A stretch of DNA of 64,000 nucleotides from Eledone cirrhosa. Taxonomy: Eukaryota. Under the pieces are notes generated by a model. The model had not been told where the DNA came from and did no database searches. It saw only the letters and a list, made by a program, of their open reading frames with translations. The stretch spans positions 115,258,001 through 115,322,000 of the forward strand of contig OZ024742.1 in assembly GCA_964016885.1 (NCBI GenBank), written 5' to 3'. A program made the translations under genes and the position numbers. Positions 1 to 10,380 of this stretch are shown in pieces. Position 1 is the first letter of the stretch; the number at the start of each line of letters is the position of its first letter.

Positions 1-1644
1 CTCTCCCACCAGACCACCAACGACAAGCGCCAACCTCTTTGCTAGCACCTTGGCCAAAATCTTAAACTCTGTGTTTAGCAGAGTTATGGGCCGGAAATTG
101 TCTATGTTATCCCCCTTGTTCGGATCCTTTCTCAGCAGTGCCACCGCTCCTCGGCTCACAGAACTGGGAATTCTCCCGTTCTGTTGCCAGTTGCAGTAGA
201 CGTCCGCCAAGAGGCCTCCGAACAAGTCTGGCATCTGTACGTAAAGTTCATAGGGCAGACCATCCAAACCAGGCGATTTACCCCTTGTGCAGCCAGTCAT
301 TGCCTCCCGTACTTCAGCGGCTGTTATCGGCTTTTCGCAACACTTCGCCTCAGTGGCCGAGAGCCGCGGCAGTCCGTCGAGGTAGACACTAAAGTCCATC
401 CCTCTACCCGGCCCCCCGCTGCCCCCGAACAGCTGAGCGAAGTGTCGCTGAAAAGCTTCACACATTTGCCCGGGATCGAGTAGCATGCGCCCGTCGTGGT
501 CCACCAAAGACCGGATCGTGGCTTTGTTGCCACTACGCGCCTCCGCCACTCGGGCCCATTGAACGGCTTTCGTCCCCTCGTGTCTGAGAGCACGCACCCT
601 AGCTCTGACAACGCAGCCTTCGTGCTTTGCATTGAAGAATTGGTCAAGGGCCAATTTCGCCGCAAGCACGTCGGTCGCAATGCCTTTGCTAAGCGCCTCG
701 TCTAATTTTCTAACTAGTTCTCCCTCTGCTCTATTTTTCTCTATTGCTAAAGCCTTACTAAACCTAATCGATTCTATTCTAATCGCTCTTTTCAGAGCAA
801 ACCACCACTTGTTGTTGACGATGGCCCCCGTCAACGCCCGCTTAACTAGTTCGCTAATCCGGTCTCTGTAGGCCTTGCGCGCTGGTAAGGACGCGTTTAG
901 CTTCCAGTAGCCGGGTCCTCGTCTATGAAGCCTATCTAAGTCAAGCACACAGATCACGAATTTGTGGTCCGTGTAGCTGACTATCTTGAATTGTGGACAG
1001 CCTATGCTAGACCTATCTATTTCCCTACAAAATACTCTATCTAGATATGATCTGGATGACCCTATGCGGTTTGTCCAAGTCCACATTGGCACATTCGGGA
1101 AATCCAATCGGTACCTGTCAGACAGTTCAAAACGCCTGAGCAGGTTGGTGAGGCTCTTGCACCCTCCACCCCTATCCGCTAATCCCACACAGTCCCAGCG
1201 TGCATCTAAGATCCCGTTCCAGTCGCCCACTAACACTAAAGAGCGGGACGTTCCAAGAAAGGTCTCCAGACGCCGGAAGAAATCAGGCCGCCCTGCTCCT
1301 GTCGGGGCATAGACGGCCACTAGCCTGAAAGCTTGCCCGTCTCCGCTGGTCACGTCCAGCACCACCAGCTTACCCTCTGGGTCCAGGAAGATGGCCCGTA
1401 TGGCGAGATCCAAACCTCTCCGAAAAAGCACAGCAACTCCTCCACCGGATCCAGGACGGCTGGGAGATGCGTACACATCGAAGCCGCCGAAGATCGGTGC
1501 GAAGGCCCGTGCTTCGGAGATTCTGGTCTCGCTGATGGCCACTACATCTATGTTTAGTGACCTGAGGTCGTTGAGCAGGTGACCCTGCTTCCATGACGAC
1601 CCCAAGCCACGCGCATTTATGCTGCCTATTCTGAGTGAGGTCAT
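1..1644 (-). CDS. Tx1 ORF2, N-terminal part (APE endonuclease and start of RT), truncated by the window edge
   Basis: Minus strand from the ATG at 1644 reads MTSLRIGSINARGLGSSWKQGHLL...DVVAISETR. Later APE motifs include GDWN, YLDR, YTDH and PGYWKLN, and FRPITLLN occurs near the edge. It is missing from the ORF track, consistent with no stop inside the window. Confidence 0.88.
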   Translation of the reverse strand, partial: MTSLRIGSINARGLGSSWKQGHLLNDLRSLNIDVVAISETRISEARAFAPIFGGFDVYASPSRPGSGGGVAVLFRRGLDLAIRAIFLDPEGKLVVLDVTSGDGQAFRLVAVYAPTGAGRPDFFRRLETFLGTSRSLVLVGDWNGILDARWDCVGLADRGGGCKSLTNLLRRFELSDRYRLDFPNVPMWTWTNRIGSSRSYLDRVFCREIDRSSIGCPQFKIVSYTDHKFVICVLDLDRLHRRGPGYWKLNASLPARKAYRDRISELVKRALTGAIVNNKWWFALKRAIRIESIRFSKALAIEKNRAEGELVRKLDEALSKGIATDVLAAKLALDQFFNAKHEGCVVRARVRALRHEGTKAVQWARVAEARSGNKATIRSLVDHDGRMLLDPGQMCEAFQRHFAQLFGGSGGPGRGMDFSVYLDGLPRLSATEAKCCEKPITAAEVREAMTGCTRGKSPGLDGLPYELYVQMPDLFGGLLADVYCNWQQNGRIPSSVSRGAVALLRKDPNKGDNIDNFRPITLLNTEFKILAKVLAKRLALVVGGLVGE

Positions 1645-1679
1645 GTTTAAAATAGAGTGGAAAAGATGGGAAAGACCAC

Positions 1680-3809
1680 TTACCGTACTTTTGGTAGAGG
1701 AGGGATGGTTTTTACATCCCTTTTCACTTGATCGTCTGGTGAAGGGACCGTTGAATCGTCCCTTCGGCTGGTCGTCGGCTCTTCTAAGAGAATGTCTGAG
1801 TATACTCTTCGATTGATGGTTCCTCCTAGGTCCCTGAAATCACCAACTGCGTTGGGGAATTTCGTTTTAATATTTGTGTATTGTTTCTGTGCTATTTTTA
1901 GCAGTCTTATGTTAGTTGGCGTTTTGATTGGTGCTGGTATTATGTAGTCCTGTTGTGAAATGTCTGTGTGTTCAATTATGTAAGTCATTAGTTTCTTGTT
2001 GTGTGTATTTATTGCCGTGCATTTGTTTTTCTGGGGGTGGGGTGTGGTTCTGCTATTTTCTTGTCGTTGTTGCTGGGTGTGTGTGTTTTGTTGTTGTGTT
2101 TGCGATGTTGGTGCTTGTGGTGGTGGTGTTGAAGGTGTTGTTGGCGGTGGGGTTGTCGCCGGTGGTGATGGTGGCGCTAGTGTGGGTGGTGATGGTGTTG
2201 GTGTTGTTGCTGCTGTGGGTCTCTTTGCAGTAGACTTTACCCTTTTCTCATTTCTTTCCTCCCTTTTCAAAGGCGACGATGCGCTGCTTCTGCGTTTGTG
2301 CCTTCTTACGACCTTTTGCCATCTCTCTCCCACCTCACACTCCATGTCTGATTCTGTGAGGTCGGGGAGGGGTACCAACTCCACTCTTTCACTTGTTGTT
2401 GTTGGTGATGTTTGCACTGGAGTCTCTGTTGCAGCTGCATTTGGTATTGCTGTTGTTGTTGTTAGTATTTCCACTGCTGCTGCTGTTTTTGATTTCCGTG
2501 GAGTGGGTATGGGTGCCACGGGCCTATCGTTCCTGGTTGCCGCTTGTCCTGTTGCTGGTAGCCGTGGAGCCGGATTCGGAAGGAGGGGGGTTTTCTCCTT
2601 TCTCAGGGTCTTCTCGTTGCAGAAGGCCCTGAGGTGAGTCTTCGATCCACAGCGAAAGCATTTCGGGCGTTTGCCCTCAACACTTATGGGCAGTTGAGTG
2701 CCGTTATCGAAGTCTATCACATCTGGGATAGCTTCGATGCACTCCTGGTTGGTTTGGATTAGCATCTCAATGGAGGAGCCGACCCAATCTTCTCTTACTT
2801 TTTTCTGTACTTGCAGTACAGTTGTTTTGTCCTCGATTCCGACGAGGACAGACGCGGCCAGCCAAGAAGGGGTCATTCCGGGGGGGACGTGGGTCAGTTT
2901 GACCCTCACAATTTTTTGCCCGCAGTAGGAGGGCACCAACACCATTTCCTCGCTCCTTAGGGTCACTACTGATTGGGCCTTTGCCTCCTGGGGTGTGGCA
3001 AAAAGTACGTCTACGGTGGCGTATTTTTTGCCTCGGGTGATGTGCGTTTTCCTCTGCCACACAGACCCCAAGGCTTTTTGTATTTGGGCCTCTGTGGCTC
3101 TTTCCACCCTACGGGATTTTGTACTTACTGTACGGTACGTGACCGTACAGTGCTCTTGGGTTTCGAAAAAATTTTTCGCTGCCTTGCAGATTGCTCGGTG
3201 TCCGTTCTTTGTCACCATCTTCTTCGCTTCCTCTAATTCCTCATTTGTTATGAGGATTGTTTCCAAGTTTTTCGCAATACCTGCAAATGAGATTGGTTTT
3301 TCTCTGCTGTTGTTGTTGTCGTCAGAGCTGCTGGTACTTTTGTTGTTGCTGCAGGTACTACGACTACTGCCTCCGCCGCTGTTGCTGTGGTTGTTGTTGG
3401 TGTTGCTGCTGCTAATGCTGTTGTTGTTTATGCTGCTGGTGATGCTGTTGCGGCTGCTACTGTTGTTTTCATTGTCACTGTTGCTGTTGTTATTACGGCT
3501 GCTACTGCTATTATTCCTGACGTCAGACGAATGAACTGGGTTTTCGTATTTCCCGCACACCTGTTTCGTCGCTGTCGTCGTCGTCGTGGAGAAACCTTGC
3601 ACGCTTTGCACGAGACTTTTCTTTTCTTTCGTCGCTTGCGAAAGAGAAGGGAGGGAGAGAGACACATTTAAAGAAGGGAGGGAGAGAGACAATCTTCTCT
3701 CTGTTGTAGTGATGATTGAGGAAGAAGAAGACGGAATGAGTGGGAGTGACGCATGAAATTTCTTTTTCGTAGCCATGTTTTTTTGTTTAAAATGAAATTT
3801 TGGGTACAA
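1680..3809 (-). CDS. Tx1 ORF1 (gag-like nucleic-acid-binding protein), 709 aa
   Basis: Zinc knuckle CFRCGSKTHLRAFC (CX2CX4HX4C), S/N- and P/T-rich low-complexity flanks, located immediately upstream of ORF2. Confidence 0.88.
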   Translation of the reverse strand: MYPKFHFKQKNMATKKKFHASLPLIPSSSSSIITTTERRLSLSLPSLNVSLSLPSLSQATKEKKSLVQSVQGFSTTTTTATKQVCGKYENPVHSSDVRNNSSSSRNNNSNSDNENNSSSRNSITSSINNNSISSSNTNNNHSNSGGGSSRSTCSNNKSTSSSDDNNNSREKPISFAGIAKNLETILITNEELEEAKKMVTKNGHRAICKAAKNFFETQEHCTVTYRTVSTKSRRVERATEAQIQKALGSVWQRKTHITRGKKYATVDVLFATPQEAKAQSVVTLRSEEMVLVPSYCGQKIVRVKLTHVPPGMTPSWLAASVLVGIEDKTTVLQVQKKVREDWVGSSIEMLIQTNQECIEAIPDVIDFDNGTQLPISVEGKRPKCFRCGSKTHLRAFCNEKTLRKEKTPLLPNPAPRLPATGQAATRNDRPVAPIPTPRKSKTAAAVEILTTTTAIPNAAATETPVQTSPTTTSERVELVPLPDLTESDMECEVGERWQKVVRRHKRRSSASSPLKREERNEKRVKSTAKRPTAATTPTPSPPTLAPPSPPATTPPPTTPSTPPPQAPTSQTQQQNTHTQQQRQENSRTTPHPQKNKCTAINTHNKKLMTYIIEHTDISQQDYIIPAPIKTPTNIRLLKIAQKQYTNIKTKFPNAVGDFRDLGGTINRRVYSDILLEEPTTSRRDDSTVPSPDDQVKRDVKTIPPLPKVR

Positions 3810-3989
3810 AACCCCAATAACTGGTTATTCAACCCCGAAGGGCCAAATAACGGACAGAAAGACCCCTCTCACGAGGAGGAGGGTGTCTTCATCAACAATT
3901 TGGTTCAAGTTTTAAACAATTTACAACTGTTTTAACGGTTAAAAATTACTATATCTTACAGAGCCGAGCCTCCGTCAACCATGGCATTC

Positions 3990-4063
<74 letters not shown>
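3990..4063 (+). repeat. (TAA)n microsatellite between the 5' ends of Tx1 and R4/Dong
   Basis: Perfect ATA/TAA run. Confidence 0.98.
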
Positions 4064-4065
<2 letters not shown>

Positions 4066-7000
4066 TGTCTCAAATTTAAAAAAATGTCTCAAATTTAAAA
4101 AAATGTTTAATTCAAATTTTACGGGAATATGTCAACACAAAATATAATGAAAATATATATTAAACATACGAACACAAACTCATAGATACTATATCAGTAA
4201 CCACAACACCACCGCTGCCACCACCCCACCACATCCATCATCGCCGCCACCACTCATTCAATGCTACTGACACTATTCCCCTGTTAACTTGAGAGAGAAA
4301 AGGGAAGGTGGTGGTAGCACTAGACAAGAGAGAGGCTAGCAAAAGATATAAATAGATTGACTTGGTGACCTTGCCACGGACAAACGTCTACATCAACAAT
4401 TATGGGACTGCTGGCTCACCCCTTCCTCACCAACAATATAAAAAGCCCCGGCACCACCACCGACATAACCAGCAGCAATAACAGCCAACTACAACAAAAA
4501 GTATATTATATTATTGTAATGCACTGGGTGATTGCTGGCCTGGAGTGGAGACAATTATTAATAATTTCATTCTTAAGCCACGCAATGCTCACATTAAGGA
4601 ACCACTCATGATAATAACAATTTAAAAAAAACAACAAAAAGAAAACCCCGTGACCAAGAAATACCGGGATGGCGGCCGGCGGGGAATAGCCATGTCTCTA
4701 GGGGAGAACGACCCCTCTAGTCTTGGTTGACACTCGTTCTAGAAGTGGTAACACGAAAAGATTACCCCTTGGCGGATAAGGATAAAACGCGACAAAATAA
4801 AGTAGATGTCTAATGATGAAATCTCATACCGGATCGGCCGTCACCCGGGTAAAAAAGGGTCGCGTCCCTCAGAGAGGAACCAGACTGGGGTCGAAAAATC
4901 AGCTAATGGTTCAAACCTTCCCATCACTTCGGAGCTGGAGACCTCCCATAACCGGAATACTCCTACTGTTGGCCCTCCATGCTCACCACCAAGAAATCCA
5001 AAGAAAAAGAGAGAAAAATGGTCAAGGGAAGATAATAAAGAAGTCCTTGAGGCTTTCTACACTGCCATGTACTACCCATCAAATACATCGAATACAGAGC
5101 AAACATATATCAACTGGAAAAAGAAACATCCCGAAAACAGAGGCTATATTGACAGTAACAAACTAGCCAATATACGAAGAAATATTGTAAGAAAAAAGTT
5201 ACTAACTGATATAGAAATTGATCAGATCAAGCTAGTAGCACAAAGTCAGCGAAGGGAAAATGAAGCATGTGTCAGTGAAAACGAGGTAAACTGTAACACT
5301 TCGAATCCCAGAGTTGGGGCGGAATCACTGGCAACAGAACAAATTAAAGAAAGGAGCGAAAAAGTGGAGGGAGTGCATGCTCAGGATGAAACTCCAAATG
5401 AAAATAATGAGATCGTAAATGATAAAGAAATGAATGAAAATGAACTTGCCAACTTGAAGGATGAAATTATGATCGAATGGATGAAAATGAAAGAATCCGA
5501 CATGGGGGAACGAGACACCCTCCCTAAGATCCAGAACTCCAAACAGAACCAAAAGATAATACACAAGACTAACATAATTCTCAAAAACATTATCATCACA
5601 AACAAACTAAGCATTACTGACTTAAATCATCTCTATTATGCATCGGCTAAAGTCACCACTCACTTATGTGGAGTGAAGATGAAAAAACAAAGGAATTCCC
5701 ACAAGAAATCTACTTGGCAAGATAACATCAATCGCCAAATAAACCTTCTCCGATCTGACATAGAAATTTTAACAAACTATAAAGTAGGTGAACATGTTAA
5801 ACAAACTAAACTTAGAAAATTGAAAAAAAAGTACAGTATAAGATCAACATGTGACATAGACATGCTGATAGAAACAATCAAGCAAAAAGTGTCGGACAAA
5901 GCTGCTCGTATAAGGCGCTTTGAAAAACGATCTAGATTCTATAAGGACAATAATATGTTCAAAAACAACCAAAGAAACTTCTACAGAAAAATTGGTAAGT
6001 CAACAATAATTGCTAAATCAATACCACCCAAGGAGGAAGTGCAAGAATTCTGGGAAAAGATCTGGGCCGAAGAAAAAGTTCATAACATACATGCCCCATG
6101 GATAGACAGACAAATGAAAGAAACAGCTCACCTTGAAGAACAAACATGGGAAAATATAACAGTTGAACAGCTGCGCTTGGCTCTAAGAAAAACCAGCAAA
6201 TGGAAATCCCCAGGAAAAGACAAAATACAAAACTTTTGGATAAATGCCTTCACAGAGTCTCATGAGCTGTTAGCCCAACTTTACAATGAAATAGTTAAGG
6301 AGCCAGAAAAGATACCATCATGGCTAGTTAACGGCATTACATTCCTGCTACCGAAGAATGATGAGACAAACAATCCCAAAAATTACAGACCGATAACCTG
6401 CTTGACCACAATGTATAAAATTTTAACATCAGTCCTAACTGAATACACATATGACCACCTGATAACAAATGACCTATTTCCCATTGAGCAGAAAGGGTGT
6501 AAACGAGGCTCATATGGCTGTAAGGATCAGCTTCTGGTTAACAAAATGATACTGGAAGATTGTCATAATAGACACAAAAATCTATCGATCGCTTGGATAG
6601 ATTATAAAAAAGCATTTGATAGTTTGCCACACAGTTGGATTGAAAAATGTTTAGAGATTTTCAAAATATCCCCCGTTATCAGGAGGTTTTTGTCATTCAG
6701 TATGAGGACATGGAGAACGACATTCCTTTTGAATAGTGAAACAAAATCACTGGAAGCTGGAGAAGTTAACATTAATTGTGGAATTTTTCAGGGTGACTCT
6801 TTATCACCGCTTTTATTCTGCATCGCACTTATACCATTAAGTAAAATGCTCAATGAAACAAAACATGGATATAGAGTCTATGACAAAACCATTAATCACC
6901 TGTTCTACATGGATGACCTGAAACTATTTGCAAAAAATGATGAACAATTGCAAGGGCTATTATCCACTGTGAAGCAGTTCAGTGATGACATTAAAATGGA

Positions 7001-8597
7001 GTTTGGACTGGATAAATGCGCCAAAGCAACGTTCACCAGAGGAAAGCTGCTGAAGAGTTCAGACATTAATCTTGATCGGGGGAACGTGATAAGAGAGCTT
7101 GATCAAGAACAAACTTACAAATATCTAGGTGTTTGTGAAGGAGACGGAATCAAGCACTCGACAATGAGGGAAAGGATAAGGAAGGAATGTTACCGCAGAG
7201 TCAGAGCAATCTTAAGAACGGAATTGAATGCAAGGAATAGGATCGATGCCATAAACACGCTTGCCATACCAGTAGTAACCTACAGTTACAATGGCATCAA
7301 CTGGTCAAGCACAGAGATCCGTAGGCTCGATACAAAAATCCGAAAATTCTTAACCATGCACAGAATGCATCACCCTAAGGCAGACATAGATAGAATATAT
7401 CTCCCTAGGAAAGAAGGAGGACGTGGGTTAATCCAGTTAGACATTGCGTTGAAAACTGCAACAATTGGATTATCCACATATCTAAGGGAATCACATGATT
7501 GGATGATCAAACTCGTTTTGAAACACGAAAGCACCAAAAGATCATATTCCATTACAAAAGATGCACAAAGATACAGTAATGGACTACAAATTTCAGAAGT
7601 CCCATTTACTGCTGAAATGGAAAACACAGAAAAAGCAAAGCAGGTAAAAGTAACTGCAAAGAAAGAACTGCTACAGAAACTGGCTAAGAAATGGCAAGAA
7701 AAGCCTCTGTATGGAAAATACCCAGAGCGAGCTAACAATCCTGATGTTGACAAAACTTTAACCCATCAGTGGTTGGCATCCTCTGGACTGAAATCGGAGA
7801 CTGAAGGACTGATTATATCCGCACAAGATCAGTGTCTGCCAACAAAAAATTACCAAGCCAACATAATAAAAAATGGGTGCAGCCCATTATGCCGTGTATG
7901 CAAAAAACAACCAGAGACCATTGACCATATAATTTCAATGTGCAGTCCTATAGCTCCAACCGAATACCTAAACAGGCATGACAGAGCTGCACAATACATA
8001 CATTGGATAATGTGCAAGCATTTTGACCTGCCCCATCAAAAGAATTGGTGGGAGCATCAACCACCTCCCATACTTGAAAAAGATCACATCTCAATCTTGT
8101 GGAACTTTAGCATCCAAACAGACCGAAAAATAGATGCAAATAGACCTGATATAATATTGAAGGACTTTCAAAGGAGGGTATGCCTGCTAATTGATATGTC
8201 TGTTCCAATAGACAAGAATGTATCTATAAAAACATTTGAAAAATTGAGCAAGTATAAGGACCTGGAGATAGAAATTGGAAAAATGTGGAAATTGAGAACT
8301 AAAACAATACCAGTGGTTGTAGGCGCTCTGGGAATGATACCTAAGGGGTCTAACGACTACTTATCGCAAATCCCAGGAAACCCGCGTATAGGAGAAATAC
8401 AAAAGATAGTACTAATGGGAACTGCCCATATACTAAGGAAGATCCTGTCAATATAAGTACATCACAAGTCTAAACACTAAGGATGCATGTGTGAATATGT
8501 GTGTTCTTTCTTGAACATGGCGGACCTTGTTGTCTCTTGAGGTCACTGGTTGTGACTTGGTGATAACTCGTATAAACATAAAGCAAGATAAATGCAA
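4064..8597 (+). mobile_element. Full-length R4/Dong-type RLE non-LTR retrotransposon (family A, copy 1)
   Basis: About 740-bp 5' region shared with the copy at 41286-45764, a single ORF, a ~140-bp 3'UTR ending GATAAATGC, and (TAA)n on both sides. Confidence 0.93.
4806..8456 (+). CDS. Intact RT plus restriction-like endonuclease polyprotein, 1216 aa
   Basis: N-terminal W..EDN...FY segment typical of R4/Dong; RT motifs YRPITCL, IDYKKAFDS, GIFQGDSLSPLLF, YMDD, YLG; CCHC knuckle CRVC...HIISMC; RLE motifs RHD, RPDII, LIDMSVP, EKLSKY. Confidence 0.95.
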   Translation: MSNDEISYRIGRHPGKKGSRPSERNQTGVEKSANGSNLPITSELETSHNRNTPTVGPPCSPPRNPKKKREKWSREDNKEVLEAFYTAMYYPSNTSNTEQTYINWKKKHPENRGYIDSNKLANIRRNIVRKKLLTDIEIDQIKLVAQSQRRENEACVSENEVNCNTSNPRVGAESLATEQIKERSEKVEGVHAQDETPNENNEIVNDKEMNENELANLKDEIMIEWMKMKESDMGERDTLPKIQNSKQNQKIIHKTNIILKNIIITNKLSITDLNHLYYASAKVTTHLCGVKMKKQRNSHKKSTWQDNINRQINLLRSDIEILTNYKVGEHVKQTKLRKLKKKYSIRSTCDIDMLIETIKQKVSDKAARIRRFEKRSRFYKDNNMFKNNQRNFYRKIGKSTIIAKSIPPKEEVQEFWEKIWAEEKVHNIHAPWIDRQMKETAHLEEQTWENITVEQLRLALRKTSKWKSPGKDKIQNFWINAFTESHELLAQLYNEIVKEPEKIPSWLVNGITFLLPKNDETNNPKNYRPITCLTTMYKILTSVLTEYTYDHLITNDLFPIEQKGCKRGSYGCKDQLLVNKMILEDCHNRHKNLSIAWIDYKKAFDSLPHSWIEKCLEIFKISPVIRRFLSFSMRTWRTTFLLNSETKSLEAGEVNINCGIFQGDSLSPLLFCIALIPLSKMLNETKHGYRVYDKTINHLFYMDDLKLFAKNDEQLQGLLSTVKQFSDDIKMEFGLDKCAKATFTRGKLLKSSDINLDRGNVIRELDQEQTYKYLGVCEGDGIKHSTMRERIRKECYRRVRAILRTELNARNRIDAINTLAIPVVTYSYNGINWSSTEIRRLDTKIRKFLTMHRMHHPKADIDRIYLPRKEGGRGLIQLDIALKTATIGLSTYLRESHDWMIKLVLKHESTKRSYSITKDAQRYSNGLQISEVPFTAEMENTEKAKQVKVTAKKELLQKLAKKWQEKPLYGKYPERANNPDVDKTLTHQWLASSGLKSETEGLIISAQDQCLPTKNYQANIIKNGCSPLCRVCKKQPETIDHIISMCSPIAPTEYLNRHDRAAQYIHWIMCKHFDLPHQKNWWEHQPPPILEKDHISILWNFSIQTDRKIDANRPDIILKDFQRRVCLLIDMSVPIDKNVSIKTFEKLSKYKDLEIEIGKMWKLRTKTIPVVVGALGMIPKGSNDYLSQIPGNPRIGEIQKIVLMGTAHILRKILSI

Positions 8598-8613
8598 ATA
8601 ATAATAATAATAA

Positions 8614-9146
8614 TGGCACGTGTGCAAAGTAAACAATTTACCACATTCTGAGAAATGGTATGAGCATAGGCCAGAGGCGGTGATGGAGAACAATCAGGTG
8701 AAGGTGCTGTGGGATTTTAGGATACAGACGGACAAAACACTGGAACACAATAGACCTGACTTGGTGGTTGTGGACAAAGAAAAAAGATCGTGTCTGATTG
8801 TGGATGTGGCCTGCCCGTTCGACACGAGCGTGCAAGAGAAGGAGAGGGAGAAAATTAACCGATACCAGGACCTAAAGTGGGAGGTGAAAAGGATTTGGAA
8901 CTGCCATGAAGTCAAAGTGATCCCGATTGTCATAGGCGCACTGGGGACTATCTCCAAAAGTTTCCAGGGATGGTTAAAGAAAATCGGCCCCTTCACGCTT
9001 TTTGGAACGCTTCAAAAGGCATGCTTGCTTGGAACAGCAAGAACCCTCCGATACGTCCTGAATATCTGAGGCTGCAGGTAGTGGCTTGATATTCAATCCA
9101 ACGGACTTTCCAGTTAACCAACATCAATGACTGAGATTCAAGGAAT
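8614..9146 (+). mobile_element. 5'-truncated R4/Dong-type element, family B (RLE domain and 3'UTR)
   Basis: ORF 8620-9069 contains NRPDLVVVD...VDVACP...EKINRY; near-identical to the 3' end of 46408-48938; flanked by TAA runs on both sides. Confidence 0.9.
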
Positions 9147-9174
9147 AACAACAATAATAATAATAATTATAATA

Positions 9175-9222
<48 letters not shown>

Positions 9223-9303
9223 GAAGAAGAAGAAGAAGAAGACCAAGAAGAAGAAGAAGAAGAAGAAGAAGAAGAAGAAGAAGAAGAAGAAGAAGAAGAA
9301 GAA
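9147..9303 (+). repeat. Compound (TAA)n-(GAA)n microsatellite
   Basis: Direct reading. Confidence 0.97.
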
Positions 9304-9339
9304 CTTCCGTTTAATAATCACGGCGGTTGCTGCTCTTCA

Positions 9340-10380
9340 CTACCTGCCTTTTCAAAATATTCCTTTATCTCTTGTGCAGGAGAGGTGCGATATGTGATCT
9401 TTCAAATCTAACTATTTTTTACCTAGGTTAATTTTCACTGCTATGGAGCAGGATGAGTGAACCGAGGTATATTTATTTTCCTATCTTATGCGCATTGTGG
9501 GTTGTGGTGTTAATTATGTATTTAATTCTATCTCTGAAGCCGCTATCCACGAGTGTTTTATTATAATATGGGGCTGCCCAATCAAATGTCTCCTTGGATG
9601 TACTTATGTAGATATCTTACAATTAATATTGTGGTCTGGATTTTGAAGGATTACTGGACGTTAGAAAGGTTCTATATTAGAGTGACTTTGTTTTTTTTTA
9701 GGTTAAGTTTTACGGGCAGCTGTACTTAAATCTAAGTTTACGTCTATTATGTTTTCGTTGGTTATAATAGTATTTACGATTACTTTATGTATTTAGTTAT
9801 TAAAAATCAGTCGTAGATCATTGATGAAATCATCTATGGAATGCCCATTGAAATTAACGGCAGTGCACAACCGTTATTACGGTAGAGATTCATGATGTGT
9901 TTCGAACATTTCCTTTTAAGGTATGAAGGATAAAAGTCCAACAAAATTGCACACAATATCTACTATAATGAGGTCCCTTAATACATCGAATGGATCCTGT
10001 GTCTTCCACTTTTCAAACCCAGATAGTCTCATTAGTAAATAGGATGGTTTTTCTGGCGTGCGTAATTAATGTTATCTCTTGGTAAGTCATTGGACCGAAT
10101 CTGCAGGTGAACTACAAACCATTAGCTATTAGTGAATTAGTGATAAGAGGTAATAGGGTCTTAAATCGAATCGTGTATATTTCTCAGGAATATTATTGAA
10201 CCAATCTACCAGCGAATAAGTTCTCTTAAACTGTAATATGTAATTATTTGTCTTGATTCTCGTTGTTATCTCTTTTAATATCTTCTTATTGGATAGTCCT
10301 ATTGCGGTTCAAGGGATATTAATTAAAATAGGCCTGCTATTAAGGTCCTGTTTACGACCTTTCTAGGTGATATAAACATT
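9340..10380 (-). pseudogene. Highly decayed Penelope-like element RT remnant
   Basis: Minus-strand fragments KETFDWAAPYYNKTLVDSGF and IDVNLDLST resemble the RT C-terminal region of the Penelope at 17990-20162; many stops. Confidence 0.6.

Larger units (their letters stand above)
1..3990 (-). mobile_element. Tx1/L1-type non-LTR retrotransposon, copy 1 (5'UTR, ORF1, start of ORF2; runs off left window edge)
   Basis: ORF1 with CCHC knuckle, followed by an APE-type ORF2 that is near-identical to the copy at 34595-38007; the 5' end abuts (TAA)n at 3990-4063. Confidence 0.92.

Noticed and set aside
1928-3671. Hydrophobic plus-strand ORFs resembling membrane proteins
   Set aside because: Antisense shadows of the low-complexity Tx1 ORF1.
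3861-3890. TCCTCGT resembling an HDV ribozyme L3 loop in the Tx1 5'UTR
   Set aside because: P3 does not pair properly and no P1/P2/J4-2 can be built; a simple hairpin explains it.
4741-4800. Twister-like words (TAACAC, GGATAAAA) in the Dong 5'UTR
   Set aside because: Lacks the L4 loop and the GAG-NN pseudoknot partner.
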